Assembly (NCBI GenBank): GCA_039809265.1
Contig: JBDHUR010000002.1
Coordinates: forward strand, 15,461 to 79,460
Source: Minisyncoccia bacterium
GTDB taxonomy: Bacteria; Patescibacteriota; Minisyncoccia; Phycocordibacterales; UBA9973
Length of the DNA: 64,000 nt
Reading direction: 5' to 3'
This document shows positions 27,947 through 37,591 of this stretch, piece by piece. Made by a program: the position numbers and the translations under genes. A model generated the notes under the pieces. That model did no database searches and was not told the origin of the DNA. It saw only the letters and a program-made list of their open reading frames with translations. The first letter of the stretch is position 1, and each line of letters opens with the position of its first letter.

Positions 27947-28534
27947 ATGAAGCTGGACAAGAAACTTTCTGCATTGAAACGAACAAATAAAATACTTGAA
28001 TACATCATTTACGCGATCTGTCTGCTTGTTATTATATTGCCATATATTCCTAAATTCTCCTTTTGGGCAGAAAAATATGTTTTTGCCGATACAACATATA
28101 ATGCAGCAGAGTCTATGCCGGATTATGATTTGTCTTATGACCACCTTATCATCCCGTCTATTGTGGTGGATAGGAAAATCGTAGAGGCGGACAACATGAA
28201 GCAAGTGCACGAAAATGTCTGGCGCAGGCCGCGTGGTAGTACACCAGACAAAGGTAGCAACACTGTGCTGGTGGCGCACAGGTATGCAACTATAGGTGGT
28301 AACAGGGCAAGCACTTTTTATAATTTGCCTGAGCTTGTAAATGGCGATAAAATATATGTAGCTTGGCAAGGCAAGCTCTATACTTACGAAGTTTATGAGA
28401 CAGATACAGTAGAGCCTACAGCTATAGAGATAGAGGACCCGACAGCAGACCCGATACTTACGCTTTACACTTGCACCCCGCTTTGGACTGCTAGCCATAG
28501 GTTTGTAGTACGGGCGCGTTTGATAACACAATGA
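27947..28534 (+). CDS. Sortase (class E/B-like transpeptidase)
   Basis: It has an N-terminal TM, a His in LVAHR, the TLYTC catalytic Cys motif and a downstream Arg (RFVVRAR). Confidence 0.75.
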   Translation: MKLDKKLSALKRTNKILEYIIYAICLLVIILPYIPKFSFWAEKYVFADTTYNAAESMPDYDLSYDHLIIPSIVVDRKIVEADNMKQVHENVWRRPRGSTPDKGSNTVLVAHRYATIGGNRASTFYNLPELVNGDKIYVAWQGKLYTYEVYETDTVEPTAIEIEDPTADPILTLYTCTPLWTASHRFVVRARLITQ

Positions 28535-28535
28535 T

Positions 28536-28691
28536 ATGTCCATAGAAAAATACAATACAAATAGGAAGTCTTACAAGGTGGAAATAGGCAAGCTGGTAAA
28601 GCTTCTAGTGCTGCTTTTGCTCGCAATTCTTTTGCTTTGGTATGCCAACCACAACTATGATGTGAATTTTGTAGATACTTTGTCATCTTGA
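28536..28691 (+). CDS. Candidate small membrane protein (51 aa) immediately downstream of the sortase
   Basis: A manual translation gives MSIEKYNTNRKSYKVEIGKLVKLLVLLLLAILLLWYANHNYDVNFVDTLSS. The ATG lies 2 nt after the sortase stop. It is missing from the ORF track because it is under 60 aa. Confidence 0.3.
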   Translation: MSIEKYNTNRKSYKVEIGKLVKLLVLLLLAILLLWYANHNYDVNFVDTLSS

Positions 28692-28722
28692 TTTTTTATA
28701 AATTATATGTTATAATACCAGT

Positions 28723-29799
28723 ATGTTAAAAGGTTTGAAAGATTATCTAGTGCCTCACGAAGGCAATGATCACAAGTCCCACATTTTCCGCGAAGCTTCT
28801 GTGCTTCTCGCGCTTTTCCTGATAGTTTTCCTTTTTGCTACATCTTTTGGTAGCCACTTTGTAGTTAAGTATACGAACATTCTTGGTAACGTAGAGTCTG
28901 CTGTCTTGGTAGACCTTACAAACCGCGATCGCCTCTCAAATGGCGAGGCAACTTTGACTGTCAGTCCTTTGCTTACTCAAGCCGCTGAAATGAAAGCAAA
29001 GGATATGGCGGAGAAGAGTTACTTTGCTCATACCAGCCCAGAAGGTCTGACCCCGTGGCACTGGTTTGAAGAAGTGAACTACCCATTCTCTTATGCTGGG
29101 GAAAATTTGGCGATAGACTTCCAAGAGTCCGAGTCTGTAGAGCAGGCTTGGCTTGCTTCACCAAAACACCGCGAGAATATAATGAACACAAACTTTACTG
29201 AGATCGGCATTGCCACATATAAAGGCATGTACAATGGCCACGAAACAACTTATGTTGTGCAGATGTTTGGCAAGCCTAAGAAGGCAAAAGTGGCTGTTGT
29301 GAAAACCACAACCACAAAAACTGCTACAACAGAAACTTTGGCTTCTGCCATAGGAACTCAGCCAGAAATAAAGTCTGAAGTTAAAGGGGAAGAGATAGAA
29401 GTAGTAGAAGAAACCCCTGTGGCTGTAGAGCAACCTGTGGAAGTGACAGAGACTGCGCCAACGCCACAATACCAAGTCTTGCAAGAAGATGAAAAGAACA
29501 TAGTTGTGCAAGATGTTTCTTCTGGTGCAGAAGAGGAGACTGCGCAAAATACACCAGTAAATACTGCTTATCAGAGTACATTTCTACAGCGTGTGTTTGT
29601 GAATCAGCCGCGCATAGTAGACTATGCATACAAAATATTGATGGCCATAGTTGCTATTGGTCTTGTCTTTTACATCGGGCACGAACTTAGAGCTGATAAT
29701 AGAAAGCATGTCATATACGGAGTGTTATTGCTTGTGATACTTTTGACGCTAGTATATATAAACCAAACTTTCATACTTACAGATCAGGTGCTGATGTAG
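28723..29799 (+). CDS. CAP/SCP/PR-1 domain protein with a C-terminal acidic linker and TM anchor
   Basis: It has the CAP motifs HTSPEGLTPWHWF, GENLA and AWLASPKHRENIM, plus an N-terminal TM and a C-terminal TM. Confidence 0.75.
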   Translation: MLKGLKDYLVPHEGNDHKSHIFREASVLLALFLIVFLFATSFGSHFVVKYTNILGNVESAVLVDLTNRDRLSNGEATLTVSPLLTQAAEMKAKDMAEKSYFAHTSPEGLTPWHWFEEVNYPFSYAGENLAIDFQESESVEQAWLASPKHRENIMNTNFTEIGIATYKGMYNGHETTYVVQMFGKPKKAKVAVVKTTTTKTATTETLASAIGTQPEIKSEVKGEEIEVVEETPVAVEQPVEVTETAPTPQYQVLQEDEKNIVVQDVSSGAEEETAQNTPVNTAYQSTFLQRVFVNQPRIVDYAYKILMAIVAIGLVFYIGHELRADNRKHVIYGVLLLVILLTLVYINQTFILTDQVLM

Positions 29800-29806
29800 G
29801 AAGTCA

Positions 29807-29872
29807 GAAAATCCCCCGCCAAAAGTAAACTTTTGGCGGGGGATTTTGTATCCCAAAGTTTTCCACTTGCCA
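29807..29872 (+). terminator. Copy B of the repeated terminator element
   Basis: aaaatccccc gccaaaagt aaac ttttggcggggg atttt gtatcccaaagttttccacttgcca; near-identical to 6720..6786. Confidence 0.7.
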
Positions 29873-30044
29873 ATGGTAATTACTATGAGGTTCTGGGGGA
29901 TGGCGGTAGCGGATCAATGGTTCTTGGTCCCGATCCCAATGGAAATTATGCTTATTGTGTAGACTTTTTGAACTTGTTTTAGTCTTGACATCTACCACAG
30001 CAGGTATACACTTGTATACAAATCAAATTCAAACTTAATAATTT

Positions 30045-30593
30045 ATGGATGCACACCCAACCGGTACGCTGACCAAGCTCACAGTCAAGCGCCTAAAATT
30101 CCCAGAGCAAATCACAAAAAATATCAATCCGAAACAGATTGATGAAGACTACTTCAAGCAAGTTAATGAAAGCCTGAAACAGCTTATGGACGAAGATCCT
30201 CACCCTGTGTACTTGACAAAAGACCTTCCGCAAAACGCAGAAGAGCTTTTGTACAAGATGAGCAGAACAGAGCGTGCGCATATAGTCGGCAGCGACTTTG
30301 CTGTGGATGACGCAGTAGACATGTTGGCAGGCAGGCACCTCAACATTGCTGACCCGCTCACGTTCGGTGCATTGCTTAAGCTGTGTGCTATACCGCAAGT
30401 GTCACTGGATAGTTTCCATTGCTTACTGCCGCCATTTGCTCTAAATAAAGGCGACAAGCTACAAACTAAATTACTTTTTCCCACAAAGGTAAGCAGAATA
30501 GGAGACCAGTATACTTACAAGCCTCAGTACAGAGACTTTAGCAAGCCGATTTGGCTCAGTTTTGTAGAAACTTTTGTTGTGGTTGATGATTAG
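30045..30593 (+). CDS. Hypothetical protein
   Basis: It is a 182-aa ORF with an ATG and a TTGACA-16-TACACT box about 40 nt upstream. No recognisable domain was found. Confidence 0.45.
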   Translation: MDAHPTGTLTKLTVKRLKFPEQITKNINPKQIDEDYFKQVNESLKQLMDEDPHPVYLTKDLPQNAEELLYKMSRTERAHIVGSDFAVDDAVDMLAGRHLNIADPLTFGALLKLCAIPQVSLDSFHCLLPPFALNKGDKLQTKLLFPTKVSRIGDQYTYKPQYRDFSKPIWLSFVETFVVVDD

Positions 30594-30648
30594 AGAATTG
30601 TTTATTCCGGTTTTATCATATCCCTCCGCCTAAAAACGGAGGGTTTTT

Positions 30649-31347
30649 CTATAACCCCAAAGATTTCAAAAACTCCGCAAGCTCCTTGCCTTTTATTTCT
30701 CGCCAAGAACTTTCGGGAAGTGAGCTAAGTTTTATATTCATCACGCGGATACGTTTCAAGTCTGTCACAGTTTTCCCAAAGACTTGACACATCTTTCGTA
30801 TTTGCCTGTTTTTGCCCTCAGTTAGTGTAATATAAAAAGTGTTGCTATTTTTCCGGCGAGTTATGGCTTTCTTTGTAGTGTAATCTTCTAATTCTACGCC
30901 TCGGGAGAGCTTGTCTAGGAATGCATCATTGAAGTCTGTATCTGTTTCCACCACGTATTCTTTCTCGTGTAGTTTGCTTGGATTTAGAAGTCTGTCTGTG
31001 ATCCTGCCGTCATTTGTCATGATTATAAGTCCATGCGAGTCTTTATCCAAGCGCCCAACGGGGAAGACTTTTGTTGGAAATCTAGTTTTTCCCACAATAT
31101 CAGTCTCGCCCTTCTGTGGCATAGTTGTTATGATGCCAGCCGGCTTGTTGTATGCATAATATACAAGAGCTTTAGTCTGTATGTTGCCTCTGATTTCTAT
31201 TTTGTCGCCAGCGTTCACTTTTGTCCCTAGAGAGGCTTTTTTGCCGTTTATAAGCACTTTGCCTGCGGATACCAAGTTATCCGCGCCACGGCGCGTGCTA
31301 AGGCCTTTTTGAGCCAAATATGCGTTTATACGAATAGGGAAGTCCAT
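30649..31347 (-). CDS. Pseudouridine synthase, RsuA/RluB family (S4 + PseudoU_synth_2)
   Basis: It has an S4 domain (INAYLAQKGLSTRRGADNLV) and a catalytic Asp in PVGRLDKDSHGLII. Confidence 0.85.
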   Translation of the reverse strand: MDFPIRINAYLAQKGLSTRRGADNLVSAGKVLINGKKASLGTKVNAGDKIEIRGNIQTKALVYYAYNKPAGIITTMPQKGETDIVGKTRFPTKVFPVGRLDKDSHGLIIMTNDGRITDRLLNPSKLHEKEYVVETDTDFNDAFLDKLSRGVELEDYTTKKAITRRKNSNTFYITLTEGKNRQIRKMCQVFGKTVTDLKRIRVMNIKLSSLPESSWREIKGKELAEFLKSLGL

Positions 31348-31351
31348 ATAC

Positions 31352-32512
31352 TTAAAGCGTGTCTTTTATCCGTGCGCCAGCTGAAAATCCAGCCAGGGCG
31401 ACTATGGAAAGCACGACAAATAGCAAGTTTATAGGAATGACAAACAGAAGTAAAGTAGCTACCAGCGGCGCGACAACATACGCCATTGGCGCTGCGTTTC
31501 TGAAGAAGCCTATCAGGTCGGAGTCGTCCGGTTTTACTTGTTTGAAGAAATAAGTCTCAGACATGACTTCTATCATGCTTGCGCCAATACGGGTGATGAA
31601 AAGTATTGTTCCCCAGACCAATACAGAGTTTGATTGTATTGTAGACATGACGTATGTTGCTGCTCCCATTATGGCAAACCCTGCGAGTAAAAGTTCTTTC
31701 TCTCCAAACTTTCTGTCTGCTACTTTGCCAAGCGGGTACTGGATGATGACAAATGGCAAAAGCATAATGGTAAAGATGATGCCAATATCCCCCCAGCCTA
31801 TGCCCATGTTTTGGTGCAAGTATATGGGTGTGTATATAACCATCCAAACATAGAAGAATTGAAGCGCGAAATTCGCAATCCATATTCTGCCTATGTCGCG
31901 CTTTTTATATGTTTCCGTTAGAACTTTTTTAACGGAGAAAATTTTGTATTTAGGGTCTTTGAAATGTCTAGTAACAAGTATCAGCAAGAAAAATACAGGA
32001 AGCATTGCTACAAGCCCTATGATGTAAAGCATGCTGTACCCGCTTGCTGCCAATATCGCTCCTGCGACAAGCGGAGACATGACCCAAGCAAGGTTGGTTA
32101 TAGTAAGGTACGTGCCGCGAATTCCACCGACATCTTTCTGGTCTGTTTCTGTTTGCAGGAAAATGTCTAGCAGGTAGATGATAGCAGAGTTGGATACAAG
32201 GTAAAGCACAAATGCTAGTACTATAACAGAAGGTATGTCAGAGACTATAAGCCAGTATATGGAAAGTATATGAACACAAGCCATACCTATGGAGGCAATG
32301 CCGGCGCCGACTTCTTTCAAAATTTTTGGCATGTAGAAAACTGTTGCTATGCCAAAGACTGCAGCTATAGTATACAGTATACCTGTTTGCGTCTGTCCGA
32401 CAATCCTTTCCATAAAAGAAGAGTTTATGTACGCGGTTATAGCCAAGTGTATTGAAAAGAAAAATGAAATACCATACAAGATATGCCGCAAGCGCCTAGC
32501 TGTTTTATTCAT
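31352..32512 (-). CDS. MFS transporter
   Basis: It has about 12 TM segments, is 386 aa, and has a confirmed ATG. Confidence 0.65.
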   Translation of the reverse strand: MNKTARRLRHILYGISFFFSIHLAITAYINSSFMERIVGQTQTGILYTIAAVFGIATVFYMPKILKEVGAGIASIGMACVHILSIYWLIVSDIPSVIVLAFVLYLVSNSAIIYLLDIFLQTETDQKDVGGIRGTYLTITNLAWVMSPLVAGAILAASGYSMLYIIGLVAMLPVFFLLILVTRHFKDPKYKIFSVKKVLTETYKKRDIGRIWIANFALQFFYVWMVIYTPIYLHQNMGIGWGDIGIIFTIMLLPFVIIQYPLGKVADRKFGEKELLLAGFAIMGAATYVMSTIQSNSVLVWGTILFITRIGASMIEVMSETYFFKQVKPDDSDLIGFFRNAAPMAYVVAPLVATLLLFVIPINLLFVVLSIVALAGFSAGARIKDTL

Positions 32513-32587
32513 TTCTTCATTATATACAAAAATCTTCTCATGGGCTGTGAATTATGATCAAAAATCCGCCATCGGCGGATTTTTGAT

Positions 32588-34585
32588 CTAGACACTGAGT
32601 AGTACTGGTATAACCAGTGGACTTTTTGCAGTTTTTTGGAAAAGGAATCTTTCCACTTGTTCAGCGATTGCAATCTTTAGGTTGTCAAAGTTTGCAGGGT
32701 TCACGCTGTACTTTCCATCTTCCACAATCTTTTTGATAATCATGCGAGTTTGCCGCAGAAGTTCTTGGTTTTCTTTCAAGTATACAAAACCTCTGGAAAC
32801 AAGATCTGGAGATTTGCGTAGTTTGCCTGTCTTCGCGTCAATGGTTGCTATGATCACAAACATGCCGTCTTGAGCAAGCATTTGTCTGTCGCGGATCACT
32901 ACGTTTTGCTCGTCGCCAATGGACGCTCCGTCCACTATCATCGGCGCAGATGGTGCCTTTTCTTTGCGTACAGAGATTTTTGTGCCGGCATCGGTGATTT
33001 CAATAATACTTCCGTTGTCTGGCACGACAATATTTTCTTCCGGTACACCAGTTTCCATTGCAAGCTGTTTGTGGAGCTGTAGGTGATAGTGATGTCCGTG
33101 TATAGGTATAAAGAAGCGCTCTTTCATTTTTCTATGTAGCCATCGTATGTCTTCCTTGTTTCCGTGGCCTGTGGCATGCACATAGTCTTCTCCTGCTGTT
33201 CTATAAGAAATTATTTTTACACCCTGCCGTGCTATTCCGTCCTTGAGGCGCTGGACAGCACGTTCATTGCCTGGAACTATTGAGGCAGACAAAATAATAG
33301 TGTCTCCTTTTTGCAGTTTGAATTTCGCATGAGTTTTGTTTGCGGCTCGATTTAATGCCGCAAACTCTTCTCCTTGTGCGCCGGTCATAAGTACGATGAG
33401 TTTGTTTGGTGGATATTGATCCATTTCGTCTACAGAAATGATAGTACCTTTCTTTGGGGCAATAAGTCCTGCTTGGATGACTATGTCTATGTTGTTTTTC
33501 ATAGAACGCCCTTCCAGCACTACTTTTTTACCAAGTGCTTCGGCCACATTTATGATTTTTATAAGTCTAGAGATATGCGAAGCAAAAGCTGCGATTATGA
33601 TGCGGCCATTTTTGTTTTCGGTTATCAGTCTTTCTAGTCCATGGTGTACTTTTATTTCAGGAAGGGCAAAACCCTCATTTTCTATGTTTGTAGAGTCTGT
33701 CATTAGAAGCAATACCTTGGCTGTATCAAATATCTTGTATTCTTTTTCTTCAGAATCTGTCGGTACGCCGTCTATCTGGTCCAGCTTGTAGTCTCCGGGG
33801 TTCACTATCCATCCGTAAGGAGTTTCAATTATGACACCCATAGAGTCTGGTATGGTATGAGTTACTCCCCAGAATCGTACACGAACATTACCCAAAGTTA
33901 TAACTTGATCTTTCTCCACGATGTGTGCATTCAGGGCAGGGAGCTGAGGGAATTCCGTTTGGCGCTTCTTCATCATAAGCACTGTTAGGTTGCGGGAATA
34001 CACAGGCGGATTGCCTATGCGTGAGAGCACAAGCGGCACGCCGCCGATGTGGTCTAGGTGTCCGTGAGTTATTATCAACGCACGGATTTTATCTTTACGT
34101 TCCTCCAGATAGCGAGTGTTTGGGATGGAGTAGTCTACTCCTGGAGTCTCTTCGGTTGCGAAGTGCATACCCGCGTCTACAACTATTATGTCGTCTCCGA
34201 TTTCTATTGCAGTCATATTCTTGCCGATTTCCTCTACTCCTCCAAGCGGTATGATGCGGATATTACCTGCTTCTACAGGAGGTATGTTCAAAGTTGATTC
34301 TTTGCTTTTAGTGTGTATAAATTCTGTCTGTTTGGAGCGTTCTGGCCGACGGCGAGACATACTGCGCCTTGGTCCGCCTCCGACACTACTCCTTTTCATC
34401 GGTGTAGCCCCCGCAGGACGAGTGCCAACTTGCGAGGAAGGGCGCCGTACATTTCTGTGAAATGTACGGCGCGGACCCTGCGCTGATTGCGCAGTTCCTT
34501 GCTGTGTCTGAGAATTGTTTCCGTTATCTGTTTTTGTTGGAGTTTTGATAGCGCTCCAAAACGCTTTTCTGTTGTTTTTATTCAT
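32588..34585 (-). CDS. rnj: Ribonuclease J (metallo-beta-lactamase/beta-CASP) with a ~105-aa Arg/Ser/Pro-rich N-terminal extension
   Basis: It has HGHLDHIGG, beta-CASP motifs and the C-terminal domain. The canonical start (IRIIPLGGVEEIGKN) is preceded by a basic low-complexity region. Confidence 0.9.
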   Translation of the reverse strand: MNKNNRKAFWSAIKTPTKTDNGNNSQTQQGTAQSAQGPRRTFHRNVRRPSSQVGTRPAGATPMKRSSVGGGPRRSMSRRRPERSKQTEFIHTKSKESTLNIPPVEAGNIRIIPLGGVEEIGKNMTAIEIGDDIIVVDAGMHFATEETPGVDYSIPNTRYLEERKDKIRALIITHGHLDHIGGVPLVLSRIGNPPVYSRNLTVLMMKKRQTEFPQLPALNAHIVEKDQVITLGNVRVRFWGVTHTIPDSMGVIIETPYGWIVNPGDYKLDQIDGVPTDSEEKEYKIFDTAKVLLLMTDSTNIENEGFALPEIKVHHGLERLITENKNGRIIIAAFASHISRLIKIINVAEALGKKVVLEGRSMKNNIDIVIQAGLIAPKKGTIISVDEMDQYPPNKLIVLMTGAQGEEFAALNRAANKTHAKFKLQKGDTIILSASIVPGNERAVQRLKDGIARQGVKIISYRTAGEDYVHATGHGNKEDIRWLHRKMKERFFIPIHGHHYHLQLHKQLAMETGVPEENIVVPDNGSIIEITDAGTKISVRKEKAPSAPMIVDGASIGDEQNVVIRDRQMLAQDGMFVIIATIDAKTGKLRKSPDLVSRGFVYLKENQELLRQTRMIIKKIVEDGKYSVNPANFDNLKIAIAEQVERFLFQKTAKSPLVIPVLLSV

Positions 34586-34616
34586 GTTTATAATACTTGT
34601 AATAATTTTTGCCTAC

Positions 34617-36365
34617 TTACTGTTTCGGCGCGAAGATTTTCCATACTTTGTCGGTATCGACATACCAATCTGCGATAGATAGGAATCTCTCATTTGGAGC
34701 AACTATACTATCAAAATGAAAACCTGATAAATTTTTTTTAACTATGTAAATAAAGTGAGGAGAGTAAACAAAGATCGCGGGCATGTCTTTTTTTATTTCA
34801 CCTTCTATTTGTTTATAATAATCGTTCCTGATTTCTGTATTGTTTTCTGTTAAAGATTTATTCAGCAAGTCGTCTACTTTGGTGTTTGCATACTGAGCTA
34901 CATTTAATCCAGGGTCATTTCTTTGAGATGAATGCCAGAAGGCAAACAAATCCGAACCCTTGTTCACCACCTGTCCAAAGAAAAGGGCATCGTAAGACCT
35001 CGGGCGTATAACATTTTGGTTTAGGTTTCCTGTTTCAAAAACTTTTAGCTCAACTTCTGCACCTATGGACTGCAAGTCTTTTTGGATCATTTCGGCTGCG
35101 GTACGAAGTTCTGGTGCATCTCCGGTAGAGATAGCAAATGAAAGTCTAGTGGTTTCTTGGCTCTTAGATGATTTTTTTATCAAAATGCCGTTCTCATCTT
35201 TTGCCCAGCCGGCTTTTGTTAGCATTTCTTCTGCCGCTTGCTTGTCTCCATGCGGCCTCTCTATTGCGCCATCTTCGGCAAGTATATTTCGTTGTATCGG
35301 TGAATCTATGGCCTCCCCATATCCACCAAGTATCGTATCTACTATGGCTTGCTTGTCTATAGCAAGCTCAAGCGCTTGCACTACAGTCTTGTCTGTGAAG
35401 ATTGGCGCTTGGCTCTGGTTGAAAAACAATCCAAATATGCGGGACAGCGGTATCTCCTCAATTCGCATATTTTTTGAGGAAAGATTTTTGGCTTCCGATG
35501 GAGAAATGGCTGACATTTGGTCTATGCCTCCTTTTTTATAAGCGTTGAGCATTTCGCTTTCGCTGGCATAAAAAGAAAACTCTAGGTCTTTTATATAAGG
35601 TTCACCGCCAACATATTTTGAAAAAGCTTCGAGTTCATATGAGTATGGTATGCTGCTTGATTTTTTGTTTTTCACTCCTGTTATCTTGTATGGCCCACTA
35701 CCAATGCTTGCAGTGTTTAAATTACTCAAAGAAAATTCTTTATCAGGTATGTTTTTCCATGAATTAAATGAGAGAATACCAACAGTGGTATTCTCTATAA
35801 ATCCGGAATACGGCTGCTTTAGCGAAAAGGAAATCTTTTTAGAGTCTATCTCTGTTACTGTTACACCGTCCCAGCTGGATTTTTTCGGGCTTTTGATTAC
35901 GGGGTTTTGTATTTGTTTTATTGTATATGCTATATCCTTTGCTTCCACAGGTGATCCGTCTTGGAAAAACGCGTCATCCCTTATTGTAAAAGTATAAGTA
36001 AGTCCATCTGGAGATACCTCATATGTACTTGCAAGATCCGGCACAATGTTTCCGTCCGCCGTCTTCTTCATTAGTCCAGAATATACAATGGAAGTTATAT
36101 CTTTCTCTACGTCAGTGACGGCCAGCACCGGGTTTATAAATCTTGGTGTACCGACAACACCTTCCTTTATTGATCCGCCTTTCAGAGGTACTTCAACAAG
36201 TAGCTTGTTGTTAACCATATTAAGAAGCAATAGCGCAGATATTGTTAGAGCTCCAAGTAACACCAAAAAAGCATACCATTGTTTAGAAGAGAAGGAGTGG
36301 ATGGCCTTTGAAAAAGCTTCTTTGGAGAAAATTCTCCGAAACGGAGAAGAAGTATTTGTATACAT
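34617..36365 (-). CDS. ABC transporter substrate-binding protein, family 5 (oligopeptide/nickel-type), membrane-anchored
   Basis: It is 582 aa with an N-terminal TM and an overall OppA/DppA-like layout. Confidence 0.7.
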   Translation of the reverse strand: MYTNTSSPFRRIFSKEAFSKAIHSFSSKQWYAFLVLLGALTISALLLLNMVNNKLLVEVPLKGGSIKEGVVGTPRFINPVLAVTDVEKDITSIVYSGLMKKTADGNIVPDLASTYEVSPDGLTYTFTIRDDAFFQDGSPVEAKDIAYTIKQIQNPVIKSPKKSSWDGVTVTEIDSKKISFSLKQPYSGFIENTTVGILSFNSWKNIPDKEFSLSNLNTASIGSGPYKITGVKNKKSSSIPYSYELEAFSKYVGGEPYIKDLEFSFYASESEMLNAYKKGGIDQMSAISPSEAKNLSSKNMRIEEIPLSRIFGLFFNQSQAPIFTDKTVVQALELAIDKQAIVDTILGGYGEAIDSPIQRNILAEDGAIERPHGDKQAAEEMLTKAGWAKDENGILIKKSSKSQETTRLSFAISTGDAPELRTAAEMIQKDLQSIGAEVELKVFETGNLNQNVIRPRSYDALFFGQVVNKGSDLFAFWHSSQRNDPGLNVAQYANTKVDDLLNKSLTENNTEIRNDYYKQIEGEIKKDMPAIFVYSPHFIYIVKKNLSGFHFDSIVAPNERFLSIADWYVDTDKVWKIFAPKQ

Positions 36366-36396
36366 AATATGTTTTTAGTTTGGAAAAACTATTTGC

Positions 36397-36627
36397 TTAC
36401 TGAAGAAGCAGACCTATGATTGTGGAGGCCACAAACAAAACAGCAATGAAAATAGTTGCTCGAAATGTGAATTTTTCAAAACCGCGTCTTGTATGATACA
36501 CACCGCTATCGCCGCCACCAAAAGTTGCACCAATACCAGCGCTTGATAATTGCATAAGTACGCCAACGACAAGTAACACAGCAAGAACTATTTGTATCCA
36601 TGGCAATATTTGAGTGAGTGCTTCCAT
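36397..36627 (-). CDS. secG: Preprotein translocase subunit SecG
   Basis: It is 76 aa with two TM helices and a Gly-rich loop (GATFGGGDSG), typical of SecG. Confidence 0.7.
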   Translation of the reverse strand: MEALTQILPWIQIVLAVLLVVGVLMQLSSAGIGATFGGGDSGVYHTRRGFEKFTFRATIFIAVLFVASTIIGLLLQ

Positions 36628-36786
36628 GCGCCTATTATGCCAGAAAGAGTTTTAAAAAGCAAGTAGGTTGTCAAACCAAGAGAAATCCACAGTTTTTGTG
36701 TTGTGTGCCGGCGACAGCCATGGGATAATTCTATCTGAGTAATTTGAGTGCTAAAATCATTATTAGTTTTATTTGTATTTTAATTT

Positions 36787-37515
36787 ATGGAGAATAACAA
36801 AACAATTGTTGCATTTTTAGTTCTTGTTCTTGTCGTGCTTGCTGGTGTTGGTATAGGTAGATACGTACGAAACAATGCTTCCGAACAAAGTGCCGCTTCT
36901 TTAAGAAGTCAAAGTTCCGCTCGAGATTTACAAAACACACCAAACTCTGGTGGTGCTCAAAATTCTAATTTAACTAATTCTCGTTTATCTGTATCAAATC
37001 CATCCAATCCAAACCAAATAAGAGCTGCTTGTAATGTTATAGCAAGTGTAACTCCTCCATCCATACAGCCAGCTGGTTCTCTTGTTGTTTCTCTTATGCC
37101 AATAAATAAAGTAACTATAAATAATACTTGCGTAGATGATGTTTCTGTAGATTTTGTTGCTTTGACTTTGACACCGATTGGACCTGATCCTTATCGTTTT
37201 AGAATAGACAACTCTATGTTCTCTGATGGTGTTGTGAGTGTGCCACAAAATTCACCTATTAACAATAACACAGTGCCAGGTCCAGTATCTACAGATTTTA
37301 TTAGATATTATTCTCCATCTGCTTCTAGTATGGCTCCTATCATCATTCCTGCTAATAGTACAAAAGATTTTACTATCTACGGTTATGTTGAAGGTATGCC
37401 TATTCCTCCTGATTTGCAAATAACTCAAATTTCAAACTTACAAATCACTATACCTTCTCAAGGTAATGCACCAGCAAGTGTAACATTGCCTGGAGGTTAT
37501 AGTATTCCAGCTTAG
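36787..37515 (+). CDS. Hypothetical secreted protein (N-terminal anchor, Ser/Asn/Pro-rich)
   Basis: It is a 242-aa ORF. Confidence 0.45.
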   Translation: MENNKTIVAFLVLVLVVLAGVGIGRYVRNNASEQSAASLRSQSSARDLQNTPNSGGAQNSNLTNSRLSVSNPSNPNQIRAACNVIASVTPPSIQPAGSLVVSLMPINKVTINNTCVDDVSVDFVALTLTPIGPDPYRFRIDNSMFSDGVVSVPQNSPINNNTVPGPVSTDFIRYYSPSASSMAPIIIPANSTKDFTIYGYVEGMPIPPDLQITQISNLQITIPSQGNAPASVTLPGGYSIPA

Positions 37516-37591
37516 TATTTCAAACAACATAAAAACTCCCGTAAGGGAGTTTTTATGTTGTAAAGAAAAAATGAGCTGATACAATAAATAT

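Noticed and set aside
29873-29950. A 25-codon ORF (MRFWGMAVADQWFLVPIPMEIMLIV) immediately after repeat copy B.
   Set aside because: It is too short and has no counterpart after copy A. It is probably a chance ORF.
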